The notes below the pieces were generated by a model. The model did no database searches, was not told where the DNA came from, and worked only from the letters and a program-made list of their open reading frames with translations. DNA of 64,000 nt, taken from positions 160,001 through 224,000 of the forward strand of contig JBDTZG010000003.1 in the NCBI GenBank assembly GCA_040005235.1. Reading direction: 5' to 3'. The position numbers and the translations under genes were made by a program. Of this stretch, positions 38,972-47,915 are shown one piece after another. Numbering within the stretch: position 1 is the stretch's first letter; every line of letters begins with the position of its first letter. Source of the stretch: Acidobacteriota bacterium (lineage in GTDB: Bacteria > Acidobacteriota > Thermoanaerobaculia > Multivoradales > UBA5704).

Positions 38972-39079
38972 GTGACCTCTCCCCTGCTCGCCGTCGGCAC
39001 CCAGCTCGAAGCGGTGCTCGATCGCGGCAACCTGATGGCGGCGTTCTCGAAGGTTGCGGAGAATTGCGGTTGCGCGGGA
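38972..39079 (+). pseudogene. N-terminal remnant of a group II intron-like / CRISPR-associated reverse transcriptase
   Basis: VTSPLLAVGTQLEAVLDRGNLMAAFSKVAENCGCAG matches the RT0 pattern NL..A...V..N.G.AG(xDG) and stops just before DG. Confidence 0.75.
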
Positions 39080-39224
39080 CCGCCTGCGCGAGCGTCTGAC
39101 TGCCAAGGTGGCGGAAGACGAGGACAGCGTGCGAATCTACCGCCTCTGCGCCGACTGCCGAGCGAAAGTCGAGATCCTCGGCCGCGGCGGGGTGACGGAA
39201 GATCCTGAGATCTACGTGATCTGA
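39078..39224 (+). pseudogene. cas2: C-terminal remnant of Cas2
   Basis: DRLRERLTAKVAEDEDSVRIYRLCADCRAKVEILGRGGVTEDPEIYVI*, a typical Cas2 C-terminus (DSVRIY.LC..C) with no start or N-terminal half; lies just before leader 2. Confidence 0.85.
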
Positions 39225-39252
39225 GTTCCTGTAGATAAAGCAGCAAGCGGCA

Positions 39253-39450
39253 TGCCAGTTTTCGAGGGTGGGGGCGGAGGAATGGGAGGGGGGTTGCGAA
39301 CGGCGCCCGAAGTGGTTCGTTGACAATCAGTTAGCGATGATTCCGGGAGACGAAAGGGAAGTGAAGTGCAGCGTAAGCGAAGCGAAAGTCGAGAGGCAGC
39401 GAATTTCGAACCCGCAACCGGCGTAGAATCAAGGCCTTGCAGAGGCGGCA
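39253..39450 (+). promoter_or_regulatory. CRISPR leader 2 with IHF-like site
   Basis: Colinear 198-bp copy of leader 1; AATCAAGGCCTTG at 39427-39439. Confidence 0.85.
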
Positions 39451-39872
39451 GTCGGAACAGCCCTGATCTGGACGAAGGGATTGCGACTCCGTCAGATTCA
39501 GATACGCCTCGTTAGGGGCATGGACCGACAAGTCGGAACTGCCCTGATCTGGACGAAGGGATTGCGACAGCCCCCGCCCCCTTCTTCTTCGACGGGGCCT
39601 CGAATGAGTCGGAACTGCCCTGATCTGGACGAAGGGATTGCGACTCGATCAAGCTCGACGGAAGCGGATCCTGCTGCCGAGTCGGAACTGCCCTGATCTG
39701 GACGAAGGGATTGCGACTTATTAGCAGGCATTCTCTCGCCAACCTTACTATCTCGGTCGGAACTGCCCTGATCTGGACGAAGGGATTGCGACTCATACGA
39801 CAACCACATCGTCAGGCCAATCACACTGTCCAGAGGTCGGAACTGCCCTGATCTGGACGAAGGGATTGCGAG
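39451..39872 (+). CRISPR. CRISPR array 2: 6 repeats, 5 spacers (36-44 bp)
   Basis: Repeats at 39451 (AACAG form), 39532, 39608, 39681, 39756, 39836 (AACTG variant; last one ends GAG). Confidence 0.97.
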
Positions 39873-39887
39873 GTCGTCGGCCTACAG

Positions 39888-39943
39888 CCCTCACCCCCTG
39901 GCCCCCTCTCCCATCCGCACTCCCGCCCGCCCGGGAGAGGGGG
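39888..39943. repeat. REP-like palindromic element
   Basis: CCCTCACCCCCTGG followed by an 11-bp inverted repeat CCCCCTCTCCC / GGGAGAGGGGG. Confidence 0.7.
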
Positions 39944-40093
39944 ACGTCGGCGAGGCGGCTTGCCGGAACGGACCTTTTAGGGCGGCGCGCGGGGTGGTTC
40001 CCTTCTGCCAGGAGGGAATGAGGGCTACCGGACGTTAGGTGGACGGCTGGCTGACGATTTCGATCCCGCGCGAGGGGAGGCGTCGATCGAAAA

Positions 40094-40381
40094 TCAGGCG
40101 AACTGGAGCACGAGCTCTTTGCCGCAGGCTTCCGCGTACTTCCGGAGAGTAGCCAGTGACGGCGAATGCTTCCCGGTTGCGAGAGCGCGCTCAAGTCGGG
40201 CCACCGCAGGCGGCTGAGTACCCATACGTTCGGCAACTTGGGCTTGAGTGAGACCGGCTTCGTGCCGCGCCTTCAAGAGAAGATCGAGGAGCGCCCCTTC
40301 TTCTCTCTCAATGCGCTCGACTTCCTTTCGGACGCCAGGTCGGCGCATGAGCTTGGAAACAATCTGGTCATGGGTTCGCAT
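40094..40381 (-). CDS. XRE-family HTH antitoxin (HigA-like)
   Basis: ARHEAGLTQAQVAERMGTQPPAVARLE..PSLATLRKYAEA; downstream of and overlapping the toxin gene. Confidence 0.88.
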   Translation of the reverse strand: MRTHDQIVSKLMRRPGVRKEVERIEREEGALLDLLLKARHEAGLTQAQVAERMGTQPPAVARLERALATGKHSPSLATLRKYAEACGKELVLQFA

Positions 40382-40700
40382 TCTTGACCTCCTTCATCCG
40401 CTTTCGCGCGATATCGATCTCTTTCAGCGGAGTTTTCTGTGTTTTCTTGATGAACGAGTGCAGCATCATGACTCGGCGACCGAGCAGCGTGCAGAAGAAG
40501 ACCCTTGCAATTCCTTCTTTTCCCTTCAAGCGGAGTTCGAAGAGGCCATCGCCGAAGGCGTCGGTGTAAGGCGGCCCTAGATTCGGTCCGATAGCCGTGA
40601 TGCGTCGCGTCAGGACAACGTACCGAGCGGCGAGGGTATCTGGAAGTTCGAGAATCCGCTCCTGAATCTCTTCGCCGTAGTACTCGATCGAGTAGTCCAC
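40368..40700 (-). CDS. RelE/ParE-superfamily toxin (HigB / Gp49-like)
   Basis: GPNLGPPYT..GDGLFELR..ARVFF..LHSFIKKTQKTP; start GTG 40700 or ATG 40712. Confidence 0.88.
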   Translation of the reverse strand: MDYSIEYYGEEIQERILELPDTLAARYVVLTRRITAIGPNLGPPYTDAFGDGLFELRLKGKEGIARVFFCTLLGRRVMMLHSFIKKTQKTPLKEIDIARKRMKEVKNANP

Positions 40701-40711
40701 GCCGACGAACA

Positions 40712-40725
40712 TAACAAGAATGTTA
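40712..40725. promoter_or_regulatory. Putative TA operator palindrome
   Basis: TAACA-AGAA-TGTTA immediately upstream of the toxin gene. Confidence 0.5.
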
Positions 40726-40793
40726 CTTCCGAGCAAGCCAGTCTGTTGAAGGATTTCGGAGCGCGAGTACAACTCTCAGAGGTACAAGCCCGA

Positions 40794-41753
40794 CTACGCC
40801 GCCTCGATCGCCAGCTGGCCGAGGCCGAAGACCGTTCCCTTGCCGACGTGTATCACCTCGGCCGCGCGCAGGAGGGGCGCGAGCGGTTCGAGATCGCCGC
40901 GGAGGTCGAGCGTGCCCTCGTAACCGCCGAGGGGAGTGTGGGTTTGCTGGCGCTGGCTGTAGCGCTCCACGTCGTGAAAGCGGAGATCGGTCCCCACGAC
41001 TTCGAGCGTTCCGGCGTGCTCTAGGAGCGGCTTGAACGTCCAGTCGATTGTTGAGTCCGGCGCATGGAAATGCGCCAGCTCCAGTAGGCGACGGATCATG
41101 GCGAACGCCAGCGCCCGCGGGCGATCCGGCGGCACCACGCGCTTGTGGTCGAGCAGGCGTACGGGGGTGACGAAACGCAGCCGCACGCGGTGGCCGTCGC
41201 CGGGCAGCGGTTCGTTCGGAAGCGGTGCGCCGCTCGGCGGGATCGGCTCGACCCCTGCGACCGCGAATTCCGCCTTGCGGCCTGCCACCGCCGCGCCGAG
41301 CCCTCCGGCTGCCAGACGCTCGACCGCGGCGAGTGCGTACCTTTGCAGCTCGATCGCCCGGCCGAACAGAAGCAGGTCGAAGCCGAGCGTCTCGCCTACG
41401 GCGAGGGTGGTGGTGGTGCTGCGCGGCTCGAATAGGTACGGGCGCGGCGCAGTCGTCACCCCGGCGAGAAAGCTCAGCGGCTCCAGCGGCTGCCCAGGGT
41501 TCGGCGTCTCGAAAATCCGCGGATAGGGGCACTCGCTTCGCAGCACGCAAGTAGGGCACGGCGCGTCCGGCCCGAAGCTGCAGACCGTCTTCCTTAGCGC
41601 GTGGCCGAAGGCACCGCGAAGAGTCGAGCCGTGAAACGGCGGCAGCCGCGCCGGGGTGAGCGCCCGAAGGGTGATCCGAAAGCGCGCATGGCGCAGCTCG
41701 GGCAGCACGTACGGAAGCCCGGCGCCTGAACCCGCCGTTTCGTTCGCGATCAC
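40794..41753 (-). CDS. cas6: CRISPR pre-crRNA processing endoribonuclease Cas6
   Basis: GSTLRGAFGHAL, Cys cluster (C..CPTC....ECPY), APRPY, FVTPVRL, RYSQRQ, G-rich loop HVGKGTVFGLG; GTG start overlaps the rsmA stop. Confidence 0.9.
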   Translation of the reverse strand: MIANETAGSGAGLPYVLPELRHARFRITLRALTPARLPPFHGSTLRGAFGHALRKTVCSFGPDAPCPTCVLRSECPYPRIFETPNPGQPLEPLSFLAGVTTAPRPYLFEPRSTTTTLAVGETLGFDLLLFGRAIELQRYALAAVERLAAGGLGAAVAGRKAEFAVAGVEPIPPSGAPLPNEPLPGDGHRVRLRFVTPVRLLDHKRVVPPDRPRALAFAMIRRLLELAHFHAPDSTIDWTFKPLLEHAGTLEVVGTDLRFHDVERYSQRQQTHTPLGGYEGTLDLRGDLEPLAPLLRAAEVIHVGKGTVFGLGQLAIEAA

Positions 41754-42652
41754 GAATCCGGAGGATAGCGCGCCGGGATCGGCACTTGATGGATCGCCAG
41801 GAATTCGCCCAGGCCGAGCGCCTCGGCGCGGAGGCCTGGATCGATGCCGGCGGCATCCAGCACCGCCGCGGCGCGCTCTTTTCCCCAGCCGGCGGCGAGG
41901 GCGTTCTTGAGCGTCTTCCGGCGTTGGCCGAAGGCCAGGCGGACCATTGCGATGAACGCGGGCATTTCGGCCGGCGGCAGCGGCGGCGGACGGAGGTTGA
42001 AGCCGACGAACCCGCCGTCTACTTTCGGCGGCGGGCGAAAGCTTCCTTTCTTCACCTGGCCCAACAGGTGGGCGTGGGCGTAGGCCGCGACCAGCACGCT
42101 CATCGAGCCGTAGGCTTCGTCCCCGGGGCCGGCGACCAGCCGCTCGGCCACTTCGTATTGCACCAGCACGGCGGCGCGCGGAACGGCCGCAGCCCGGGTG
42201 AGGATTCGTTCGATCAACGGGGTCGCCACGTTGTAGGGCAGGTTGCCGGCGACCAGCGTCGGGTCGGGCAGCCGTTCCCAGGGGATTTCGAGCGCGTCTC
42301 CGGCGACGATCGACAGCTTGGGCAAGTCGTGGCTCAGGTTGTCCCGGAGCGACTGGCCGCTGCCGAAGGCGCCCGAAGGAGCGAGGAGGCAACCTGAGCC
42401 ACGACCGAACCGACTGCGCAGCGCGAACGCCCATTCCGGATCGACCTCCCAGGCGAGCACCTCGGCTCCGGCGCGCAGCAGCTCGGCGGTGAGCACCCCC
42501 CCGCCCGGGCCGATCTCCAGCACACGCGCCCCGGCGATCGGCGAGAGGAACTCGATCAGCGGCCGGCAGAGAGCGCCGTCCACCAGGTGGTGCTGGCCGA
42601 AGGTCTTTTTGAGCGAAGGTCGTCCCGGGGCCATGGGCCGGGACGGTATCAC
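41750..42652 (-). CDS. rsmA: 16S rRNA m6,2A dimethyltransferase with internal insertion
   Basis: KKTFGQHHL, LEIGPGGG, AGNLPYNV, QYEVAERL, FRPPPKVD, QRRKTL. Confidence 0.94.
   Translation of the reverse strand: MIPSRPMAPGRPSLKKTFGQHHLVDGALCRPLIEFLSPIAGARVLEIGPGGGVLTAELLRAGAEVLAWEVDPEWAFALRSRFGRGSGCLLAPSGAFGSGQSLRDNLSHDLPKLSIVAGDALEIPWERLPDPTLVAGNLPYNVATPLIERILTRAAAVPRAAVLVQYEVAERLVAGPGDEAYGSMSVLVAAYAHAHLLGQVKKGSFRPPPKVDGGFVGFNLRPPPLPPAEMPAFIAMVRLAFGQRRKTLKNALAAGWGKERAAAVLDAAGIDPGLRAEALGLGEFLAIHQVPIPARYPPDS
42326..42405. repeat. 80-bp palindromic element inside the rsmA coding sequence
   Basis: Perfect 16-bp inverted repeat GTCGTGGCTCAGGTTG / CAACCTGAGCCACGAC. Confidence 0.85.
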
Positions 42653-42787
42653 CTTGGCCCTGCCATTCCGGCCAATCTGGCACTTCCGGTTCGAGACCGC
42701 AGGGGATCGAGCCGCACCGCGGGCGACTTCCCCGCGTCCCGCCGGAGCCTCCTGATGGCACTTCGATTGCAGCCGGGGAGCCTCGCC

Positions 42788-43777
<990 letters not shown>

Positions 43778-43802
43778 CCGCTTGAGGCTCCGCGTTTCTT
43801 CC

Positions 43803-44774
43803 ATGGCTCCAATGCCCGGCCCGACCCGAGGTTCGTGGTTCTCCCGGTTCCTGCCGCAAAAGGCTGCGGCGCAGGCTGCGCCCGCGCGGCCCTCGCGGAC
43901 GGAGCTGCCGGCGGATCTGATGCGCAAGGTGCGGCGGATCGAAATCGCCACCAACCGCTTGGTGGACCAAGGGGTCGCCGGAGATTTCCATTCGGTGTTC
44001 AAAGGGCGCGGCATGGAGTTTTCCGAAGTCCGGCCCTATCAGCCCGGCGACGACGTCCGCTCGATCGATTGGAACGTCACCGCGCGAATGGGCGCGCCGT
44101 TCATCAAACAGTTCGTCGAGGAACGCGACCTGTCGGTGTTCCTTGCGGTCGACGTCTCGGGAAGCCTGGGCGTCGGCTCGCGCGCGATCTTGAAGCGCGA
44201 GCTGGCGGCCGAGGTCGCGGCGCTCTTGAGCTTTGCCGCCCTGCGCAACCAGGACCGGGTGGGCGCGGCGCTCCTTTCCGATCGGCTGGAGCTGTTCCTC
44301 CAGCCGGCGCGGCGGCGCGCCCAGGTGCTGCGCATGGTGCGCGAGATCCTCGACCGGCCGGCCCACGGCCCCACCGACCTTGAAACGAGTTTCGCGGCGA
44401 CCCTCGCGAACCTGAAGCGCCGCTCGGTGCTGTTCTTGATCTCCGACTTCGTCGCCGCCGCCTGCCCGCGCGCGCTCAAGGCTGCCGCGGTGCGCCACGA
44501 TCTGGTGGTGATCGAGATCGTCGATCCGCGCGACGTCGATCCGCCGACCACCGGGCCGGTGGTCCTCACCGACTCCGAGACCGGCCGGGTGGTCCTGGCC
44601 GGCGGAGCGAAGTTCGCCCGCGCCCAAGCCGAACGCCGCGCCCGCGAACGGGCCGAGCTGGCGCGGCTGACCGGGAAGATCGGCGCCGACCGGCTGGAGC
44701 TGCGCACCGACCGGCCCTACCTGCCGCCGCTGGTCGCCTTCTTCGAAGCGCGGAAAAAGAGGCTTCGCCGATGA
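43803..44774 (+). CDS. DUF58 domain protein
   Basis: FKGRGMEFSEVRPYQPGDDVRSIDWNVTAR; follows moxR; start uncertain. Confidence 0.9.
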   Translation: MAPMPGPTRGSWFSRFLPQKAAAQAAPARPSRTELPADLMRKVRRIEIATNRLVDQGVAGDFHSVFKGRGMEFSEVRPYQPGDDVRSIDWNVTARMGAPFIKQFVEERDLSVFLAVDVSGSLGVGSRAILKRELAAEVAALLSFAALRNQDRVGAALLSDRLELFLQPARRRAQVLRMVREILDRPAHGPTDLETSFAATLANLKRRSVLFLISDFVAAACPRALKAAAVRHDLVVIEIVDPRDVDPPTTGPVVLTDSETGRVVLAGGAKFARAQAERRARERAELARLTGKIGADRLELRTDRPYLPPLVAFFEARKKRLRR

Positions 44775-45808
44775 GGCGGGCGACCGCTTGGGGGCTGGCG
44801 ACCTGGATCGGCCTGGCCGGTGCGGCGGGCGCTCAGACGAACGGCGAGCCGACGCTATCGGCCCATGCGGAATCGGCAGGTCCGGCGGCCGGGCCCCTCA
44901 CGGTGGGCGATCGAGCGGTGGTGACGTTGGAGCTGGCGGTGCCGGCCGGCCCTAGTGGAGAAACTACCGGAGAACCGCGGTTTCCCACTTGGGGAAAGAC
45001 CTGGGGCGATGCCGAGGTCGTGGGCGTCGGGCCGGTCGAGCGGAGCGCCGGAGGCTCGGGCGAAACCACATTCCGGCAGCAGGTGGCAGTGAGGGTGTTC
45101 CGGACCGGCAAAGTCATGCTGCCGCCCATGGCGGTGGTCGTGCCGCAAGCGGGCGGCAGCCGCACGATGTCCACCCCCGCGAGCTTGGCGCTCGACGTCT
45201 CTTCGGTCATCCCCGGCGATCCCAAGGCGGCGACGCCCAAGCCTCCGGCGGCGCCCCGTTCTCTCCCCTGGGGCCGGCGGTTCTGGTGGACGTTCGCGGG
45301 GATGTCCGCGCTGGCGTTCGCGCTGGGGCTATGGGTCTTCGCCCGTAAGAAGGTAGCCGAGATCGCCGCAGCCGCCCTGCCGCCGCTTGAGGAATTGGAG
45401 CGCGAGCTGGCGCGGATCGCCGCCGGGCTCGGCGGTTCCGAGGGGGCCGCCGCGTCGGCACGCATCGCCGCCAGCCTTTCGAGCGCTCTGCGCCGCTACC
45501 TCGGGCGCGAGCTGGCGTTTCCCGCGCTAGAAAGCACCACCACCGAGATCCAACGGCGGCTGCGCAAGGAGCAGACTCCGGAAGGGATCTCCCGACCGGG
45601 CGTCGATCTTCTCCGCCGGCTCGACCGGATCAAATTCGCGCGCCGCGCGGCCGAGAACCCGGCTCCGCCGGAAGGCTCCGCGAGCGAGGCGATGTTTTCC
45701 GAGGCGATCGCCGCCGCCCGCTCGGTCGCCTCCGGCATCGACCGGCACCGCCGCCCGACGCCTGCCGAGGCCGCCGTCGGAATCGAACGGGCGGAGGCCG
45801 CGCGATGA
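44771..45808 (+). CDS. Bat-operon membrane-anchored protein
   Basis: Signal peptide, one TM, LRRYL..ALESTTTE..DRIKFA motif; overlapping start/stop codons with neighbours. Confidence 0.75.
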   Translation: MRRATAWGLATWIGLAGAAGAQTNGEPTLSAHAESAGPAAGPLTVGDRAVVTLELAVPAGPSGETTGEPRFPTWGKTWGDAEVVGVGPVERSAGGSGETTFRQQVAVRVFRTGKVMLPPMAVVVPQAGGSRTMSTPASLALDVSSVIPGDPKAATPKPPAAPRSLPWGRRFWWTFAGMSALAFALGLWVFARKKVAEIAAAALPPLEELERELARIAAGLGGSEGAAASARIAASLSSALRRYLGRELAFPALESTTTEIQRRLRKEQTPEGISRPGVDLLRRLDRIKFARRAAENPAPPEGSASEAMFSEAIAAARSVASGIDRHRRPTPAEAAVGIERAEAAR

Positions 45809-46821
45809 TTCCGCCCGGCAGTTTTCCCCACCTGAACGATCCGCTCTGGCTACTCGCCCTGCTGCTGATCCCGTGGATCGCCTGGCGCCACCAGTCCGAA
45901 CCGTCGCTCGGCGCCTTGCGCACCAGCCGGGTCGTGGGCGACGCCGGGATCGGCGGCGCCTGGCGCCTGCACTTGCCGTTTTACGCCCGGCTGCTGGCGC
46001 TCGCGCTGATGTTCGTGGCGCTCGCCCGGCCGCAGCTGGGCTATGCGGTCGAAGAGAGCAAGACGCAGGGGATCGACATCCAGATCGCGCTCGACATCTC
46101 GGGCAGCATGGCGGCCGAGGACTACCGGCCGAACAACCGCCTGAGCGTCGCCAAACAGGTGGTCGCCGAGTTCATCGATCGCCGCCCTTCCGACCGGATC
46201 GGCCTGGTGATGTTTGCGGGCAAGGCCATGGCCCGCGCGCCGCTCACCACCGATCGCGACATGCTCCACCGGGTGCTCGCGGCGGTCGACTTCAACGACA
46301 CGCCCGACGGCACGGCGATCGGCGTGGCGCTCGCCAACGCCGCGGCCCGCTTGCAGAAGAGCCCGGCTAAAAGCCGCGTCATCATCCTGGTCACCGACGG
46401 CGCCAACAATGCGGGCGAAATCGATCCGGCTTCGGCCGCAGCGGTGTGCAGCGGCCTGGGGATCAAGGTCTATACCGTGGGCGTCGGCACCGCGACAGAC
46501 GGTCCGGTCCTGGTGCCGTTCCCGGTCACCGATCCGTTCACCGGCAAGCGGGTGATCCGCCGAGTGCCGATGATGCTGCCGGTCGACGCGCCGCTGCTCG
46601 GAGCGATCGCCAAGCGCACCGGCGGCCGGTTCTGGAAAGCGACCGACGCGGGTAGCCTGCGCCGGATCTTGAGCGAGATCGACCGGTTGGAAAAGACGCC
46701 CCTCCAGGTCAAGCGCTACGTCCGCTATCGCGAGGCGAATTCGCCGCTGCTCTGGGCCTCGCTGGGATTCCTTCTCTTACCGCTCGCCACCGCGGGCGCC
46801 CGGATCACCGCCGAGCCATGA
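45805..46821 (+). CDS. batA: BatA-like VWA protein
   Basis: ALARP, DISGSM (MIDAS), GTAIG, VTDGANN. Confidence 0.85.
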   Translation: MIPPGSFPHLNDPLWLLALLLIPWIAWRHQSEPSLGALRTSRVVGDAGIGGAWRLHLPFYARLLALALMFVALARPQLGYAVEESKTQGIDIQIALDISGSMAAEDYRPNNRLSVAKQVVAEFIDRRPSDRIGLVMFAGKAMARAPLTTDRDMLHRVLAAVDFNDTPDGTAIGVALANAAARLQKSPAKSRVIILVTDGANNAGEIDPASAAAVCSGLGIKVYTVGVGTATDGPVLVPFPVTDPFTGKRVIRRVPMMLPVDAPLLGAIAKRTGGRFWKATDAGSLRRILSEIDRLEKTPLQVKRYVRYREANSPLLWASLGFLLLPLATAGARITAEP

Positions 46822-47915
46822 GCTTCGCCGAACCGACCCTCCTCGCCCTGGCGCTGCTCGCCCCTTTAGCGGCCGCCTTGGCGCTCTGGCTCTGGCGCCG
46901 GCGCCTGGCTGCCGACGCCGCTTGGGCGGCTCCCGGTCTCTGGGTGCGCCTGGCGCGCCGGACCTCGCAGAAGCGCATCGGCCTGGCGGTGGCCGCCCTC
47001 GCCCTCGCCGTGTTGGGCGCCGCGCTGGCGCTCGCCCGGCCGCGCTGGGGGATCTCGTCCGAACCGGTCGAGCGGCGCGGCGTGGACGTCGTGTTCGTGC
47101 TCGACTCTTCCCTTTCGATGGCGGCGTTCGACGTCGCGCCGAACCGGCTGGAGACCGCGAAGACTCTTCTGCGCCGGCTCGCCGCCGCGATGCCCGAAAA
47201 CCGGCTCGGACTGGTCCAGACCGAAGGCGAAGGGATCGCGCTGTCGCCGTTGACGCTCGACGCCGCGGCGATCGACCTGATGCTCGACACGGTCGAGCCG
47301 GGCTCGCTCTCGGTGCCCGGCACGGAGCTTTCGACCGGCCTGTCCCGCGCGATCGGCCTGTTTCCCGAAGGGGGCGAGCGCCACCGCGCGATCGTCCTGC
47401 TTTCGGACGGCGAGGATCACCGCGGCGACCTCGACGGCGAGATCGAAAAGCTCAAGAAAGCCGGCATCGTGCTGTCGGCGATCGGCATCGGCACCGCCGC
47501 GGGCGGCCCGCTCAAGGTTTCGGGAGCCGACGACGGCGAGTCGCCGAATCCCAACCCTGACGGGTTCAAACGCGATCGCGACGGCCAGGTGGTGATCAGC
47601 CGGCTGCACGAAGACGCGCTCGAAAAGATGGCGCACGACACCGACGGCATCTACCTGCGGGCGGCCAACGCCGGTCTCGACCCGGCGCCGATCGCGCGGA
47701 GGATCGCGGCGATCGGCGGCCGCACCTACGCCAAGGACCAGGTCGAGGCGCTTAAAGAGCGGTTCCAATGGCCGCTCGGCCTCGCCGCGCTCGCCCTCCT
47801 GCTCCACCTCTCGGTGCGGCCGTTCGCCTCCGGATCGCAGACCGAGCGGACGGCGCGCGCCGCCATCCCTCCGGCCCGGGCGCCCCGGGCTTCCCAGGGG
47901 GAGACCGCGCGATGA
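46818..47915 (+). CDS. batB: BatB-like VWA protein
   Basis: ALARPRWG, DSSLSM, SPLTLD, LSDGEDH, GIGT..GGP. Confidence 0.82.
   Translation: MSFAEPTLLALALLAPLAAALALWLWRRRLAADAAWAAPGLWVRLARRTSQKRIGLAVAALALAVLGAALALARPRWGISSEPVERRGVDVVFVLDSSLSMAAFDVAPNRLETAKTLLRRLAAAMPENRLGLVQTEGEGIALSPLTLDAAAIDLMLDTVEPGSLSVPGTELSTGLSRAIGLFPEGGERHRAIVLLSDGEDHRGDLDGEIEKLKKAGIVLSAIGIGTAAGGPLKVSGADDGESPNPNPDGFKRDRDGQVVISRLHEDALEKMAHDTDGIYLRAANAGLDPAPIARRIAAIGGRTYAKDQVEALKERFQWPLGLAALALLLHLSVRPFASGSQTERTARAAIPPARAPRASQGETAR

Noticed and set aside
38378-39208. 276-aa ORF between the arrays
   Set aside because: Chimera of CRISPR repeats, the 41-bp repeat and the RT remnant; only 38972-39079 is meaningful
40741-40760. 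GTCTGTTGAAGGATTTCGGA as a degenerate CRISPR repeat (CreA-like mini-array)
   Set aside because: Similarity is too weak and there is no second repeat
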